Shown here piece after piece: positions 61,875-64,000 of a DNA stretch of 64,000 nt (positions are counted from its first letter, which is position 1; every line of letters starts with the position of its first letter). The position numbers and the translations under genes are program-made. This DNA comes from Eledone cirrhosa. Its lineage: Eukaryota. Where the stretch lies: contig OZ024755.1 in the NCBI GenBank assembly GCA_964016885.1, forward strand, positions 36,456,001 to 36,520,000, given 5' to 3'. The notes beneath the pieces are model-generated. The model had not been told where the DNA came from, searched no databases, and saw nothing but the letters and a program-made list of their open reading frames with translations.

Positions 61875-62540
61875 CAAAAAGCACCCAGTCCACATTGTAA
61901 AGTAGTTGTGTAGGTGTCACGACAAAAAGCACCCAGTCCACACTGTAAAGTGGTCATGTAGGCGACATGACAAAAAGCACCCAGTCCACACTGTAAAGTA
62001 GTTGTGTAGGTGTCACAACAAAAAGCACCCAGTCCACACTGTAAAGTGGTCATATAGGTGTCACGACAAAAAGCACCCAGTCCACACTGTAAAGTGGTCA
62101 TGTAGGCGACACGACAAAAAGCACCCAGTCCACACTGTAAAGTGGTCATGTAGGCGACACGACAAAAAGCACCCAGTCCACACTGTAAAGTGGTCATGTA
62201 GGCGACACGACAAAAAGCACCCAGTCCACATTGTAAAGTGGTCATGTAGGTGTCACAACAAAAAGCACCCAGTCCACACTGTAAAGTGGTTGTGATGGCG
62301 ACACAACAAAAAGCACCCAGTCCACACTGTAAAGTGGTCGTGTAGGTGTCACGACAAAAAGCACCCAGTCCACACTGTAGATGAGGTTGGTGCTAGGAAG
62401 GGCATCCAGCTGTAGAAATCAAACCAAAATCAGTTCTGTATGAGCAAGACATGGTCACCTCACTTGGCATTGCTCACAACAGGACAACTTGTCAAACCCA
62501 TGCTAGTGTGGAAGAATGGACATAAAACGGTGATGATGAT
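61875..62540 (+). mobile_element. Retro-element 3' end: 48-bp module repeated about 11 times, GGAAG hairpin, tail stem-loop and (GAT)n
   Basis: Period 48 (GCACC at 61881, 61929 ... 62361). Confidence 0.88.
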
Positions 62541-62619
62541 GATATGTGTCATCACATTCTTGTTATACTCATCAGAGACTTGGACACTATATCAACAGCT
62601 TGTCCCAAATTGTCAAAAG

Positions 62620-63520
62620 ACTTCACTAGAGGTCTTGAAGACATATTGAACATCAGTTTGGAAATTTTTTACATCTTACACAAATGTTTTATGACATATT
62701 TGAACATATTTCAAAGAAGCCGCCGCAAAGCAAATAAATCTAAAAAATAATTTGACATTTTCTATGTCAGATGAAAACTGCCAAAATAGCACTTTTCTCA
62801 CATAAAAAATACTGAAATTTAACACTTTCAAACACCTGCAAATGTTTTCATATGAACAACAGAAACATTTCTTATAGAAACAATAAATGTTGCTTTTGGT
62901 GCAACCATATCATTAATTTTTTTGAAAAAAAAAAAAAATTGAACATTAAACTGGATAAAATTTCAAATAAGTCATCATCATCGTTTAACGTCCATCTTCC
63001 ACGCTAGCATGGATTAATGAAAATAGAAACCTTTTACATTAAAAAAACCTCAAAATAATCTATTTTAATAAATGTTAGAGACATATGTGAGCATGTTTAG
63101 ATGCAACAAAGTGAATATTTCTCAAGATCTTTGACATTTTCTAAGTTCAATGAACTTTTCTCCCATGTCCGGTTATGGCAAGAATTGTGAAGTTTCACAC
63201 ATTCTAAAATTGGACATTTTTTTTTAATCTTAACTGCTAAAGAATGTCTTGTAGAAACAATGTTGCTTTTAGTGCAACCACATCATTAATTGTAAAGAAA
63301 TGTAACATTAATTGAACATTAAGTTGGACGGAATGAGGCAAAATTTCAAATTTCTAACAGGTGTGTGTACTAATGAAAATAAAGACCTTTTTTCATCAAA
63401 AACCTCAAAATATTGCATTTTAACAAATGTACAATCACTTACTAGCATTTCAGAGCATTCTTGAATTCAGCTATGTGAATAATTCTTTAAATATTTGACA
63501 TTTTCTAAGCTGGAAGAAAA
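62620..63520. repeat. Ancient degenerate tandem duplication, ~370-bp period
   Basis: TTTGACATTTTCT at 62751, 63130 and about 63495; AATGTTGCTTTTRGTGCAACCA and AAAACCTCAAAATA each occur twice. Confidence 0.65.
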
Positions 63521-63569
63521 TGTCTGAGAGGTTCGTAAGAGCAAAGTTCTCAGACATGCCTTCTTGAAG

Positions 63570-63800
63570 GTCCCATCAGCTTCCAAACATGGATGTGGAC
63601 GTTTTCAAGAAACATCTCGACACCCTGCTATCCAGGATCCCGGATGAGCCCACAGTACAATATACAATACAAAGGTAACCTAAGGGCAGCAGCAGCGAAC
63701 TCCCTCTTACACCAATGGCCAGCCAACACAGGCTGGAGATAGAATGTGTAGCAACAAGGGCAGTACCCCAGCATGGCTTCAGCTGGATGAGGTAAAAGAG
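63570..63800 (+). mobile_element. CR1-like LINE C-terminal remnant
   Basis: VDVFKKHLDTLLSRIPDEP...RAAAANSLLHQ. Confidence 0.65.
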
Positions 63801-64000
63801 TAATATATATATATATATATATAATATAAGATCAAAAGATGGTTAAAGGAGTTCCATGTATTTTATTATGCGCATTTCAAAAACAAACATCATCATGCAA
63901 CAATATTTGTGTTTTCATCAGATAAAACAGGAGAACATGATATGAAGGCTAAAAAACACTTGTGGATAGTGCAGTTTTAAATCAACATATGCATACTATA

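Overview
AT-rich eukaryotic DNA, most likely an intron or intergenic interval of an octopod cephalopod (inferred from the SINE repertoire; not checked by database). No intact protein-coding gene, rRNA, true tRNA or CRISPR array is supported. The window is a mosaic of: (i) decayed, 5'-truncated RTE-clade LINEs of about six families plus two CR1-like 3' ends; (ii) at least three tRNA-headed SINE families; (iii) hAT-type MITEs (8-bp TSD) and piggyBac-type MITEs (TTAA/CCC..GGG); (iv) many micro- and minisatellites, several grown from TE-internal segments. All long ORFs in the track are repeat artefacts or LINE remnants. The most notable observations are a PHD-type (C4HC3) zinc finger embedded inside the reverse transcriptase of two RTE families; a covarying RNA-hairpin module shared between a LINE 3' UTR and SINE bodies that repeatedly expands in tandem; several inverted TE pairs; a degenerate hammerhead ribozyme; a fold-back 5' end; a templated insertion; and weak minus-strand microexon candidates. 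Family labels (RTE1-6, SINE A/C/E, MITE D/F) are my own. Boundaries and copy counts were read by eye and may be off by several bases.
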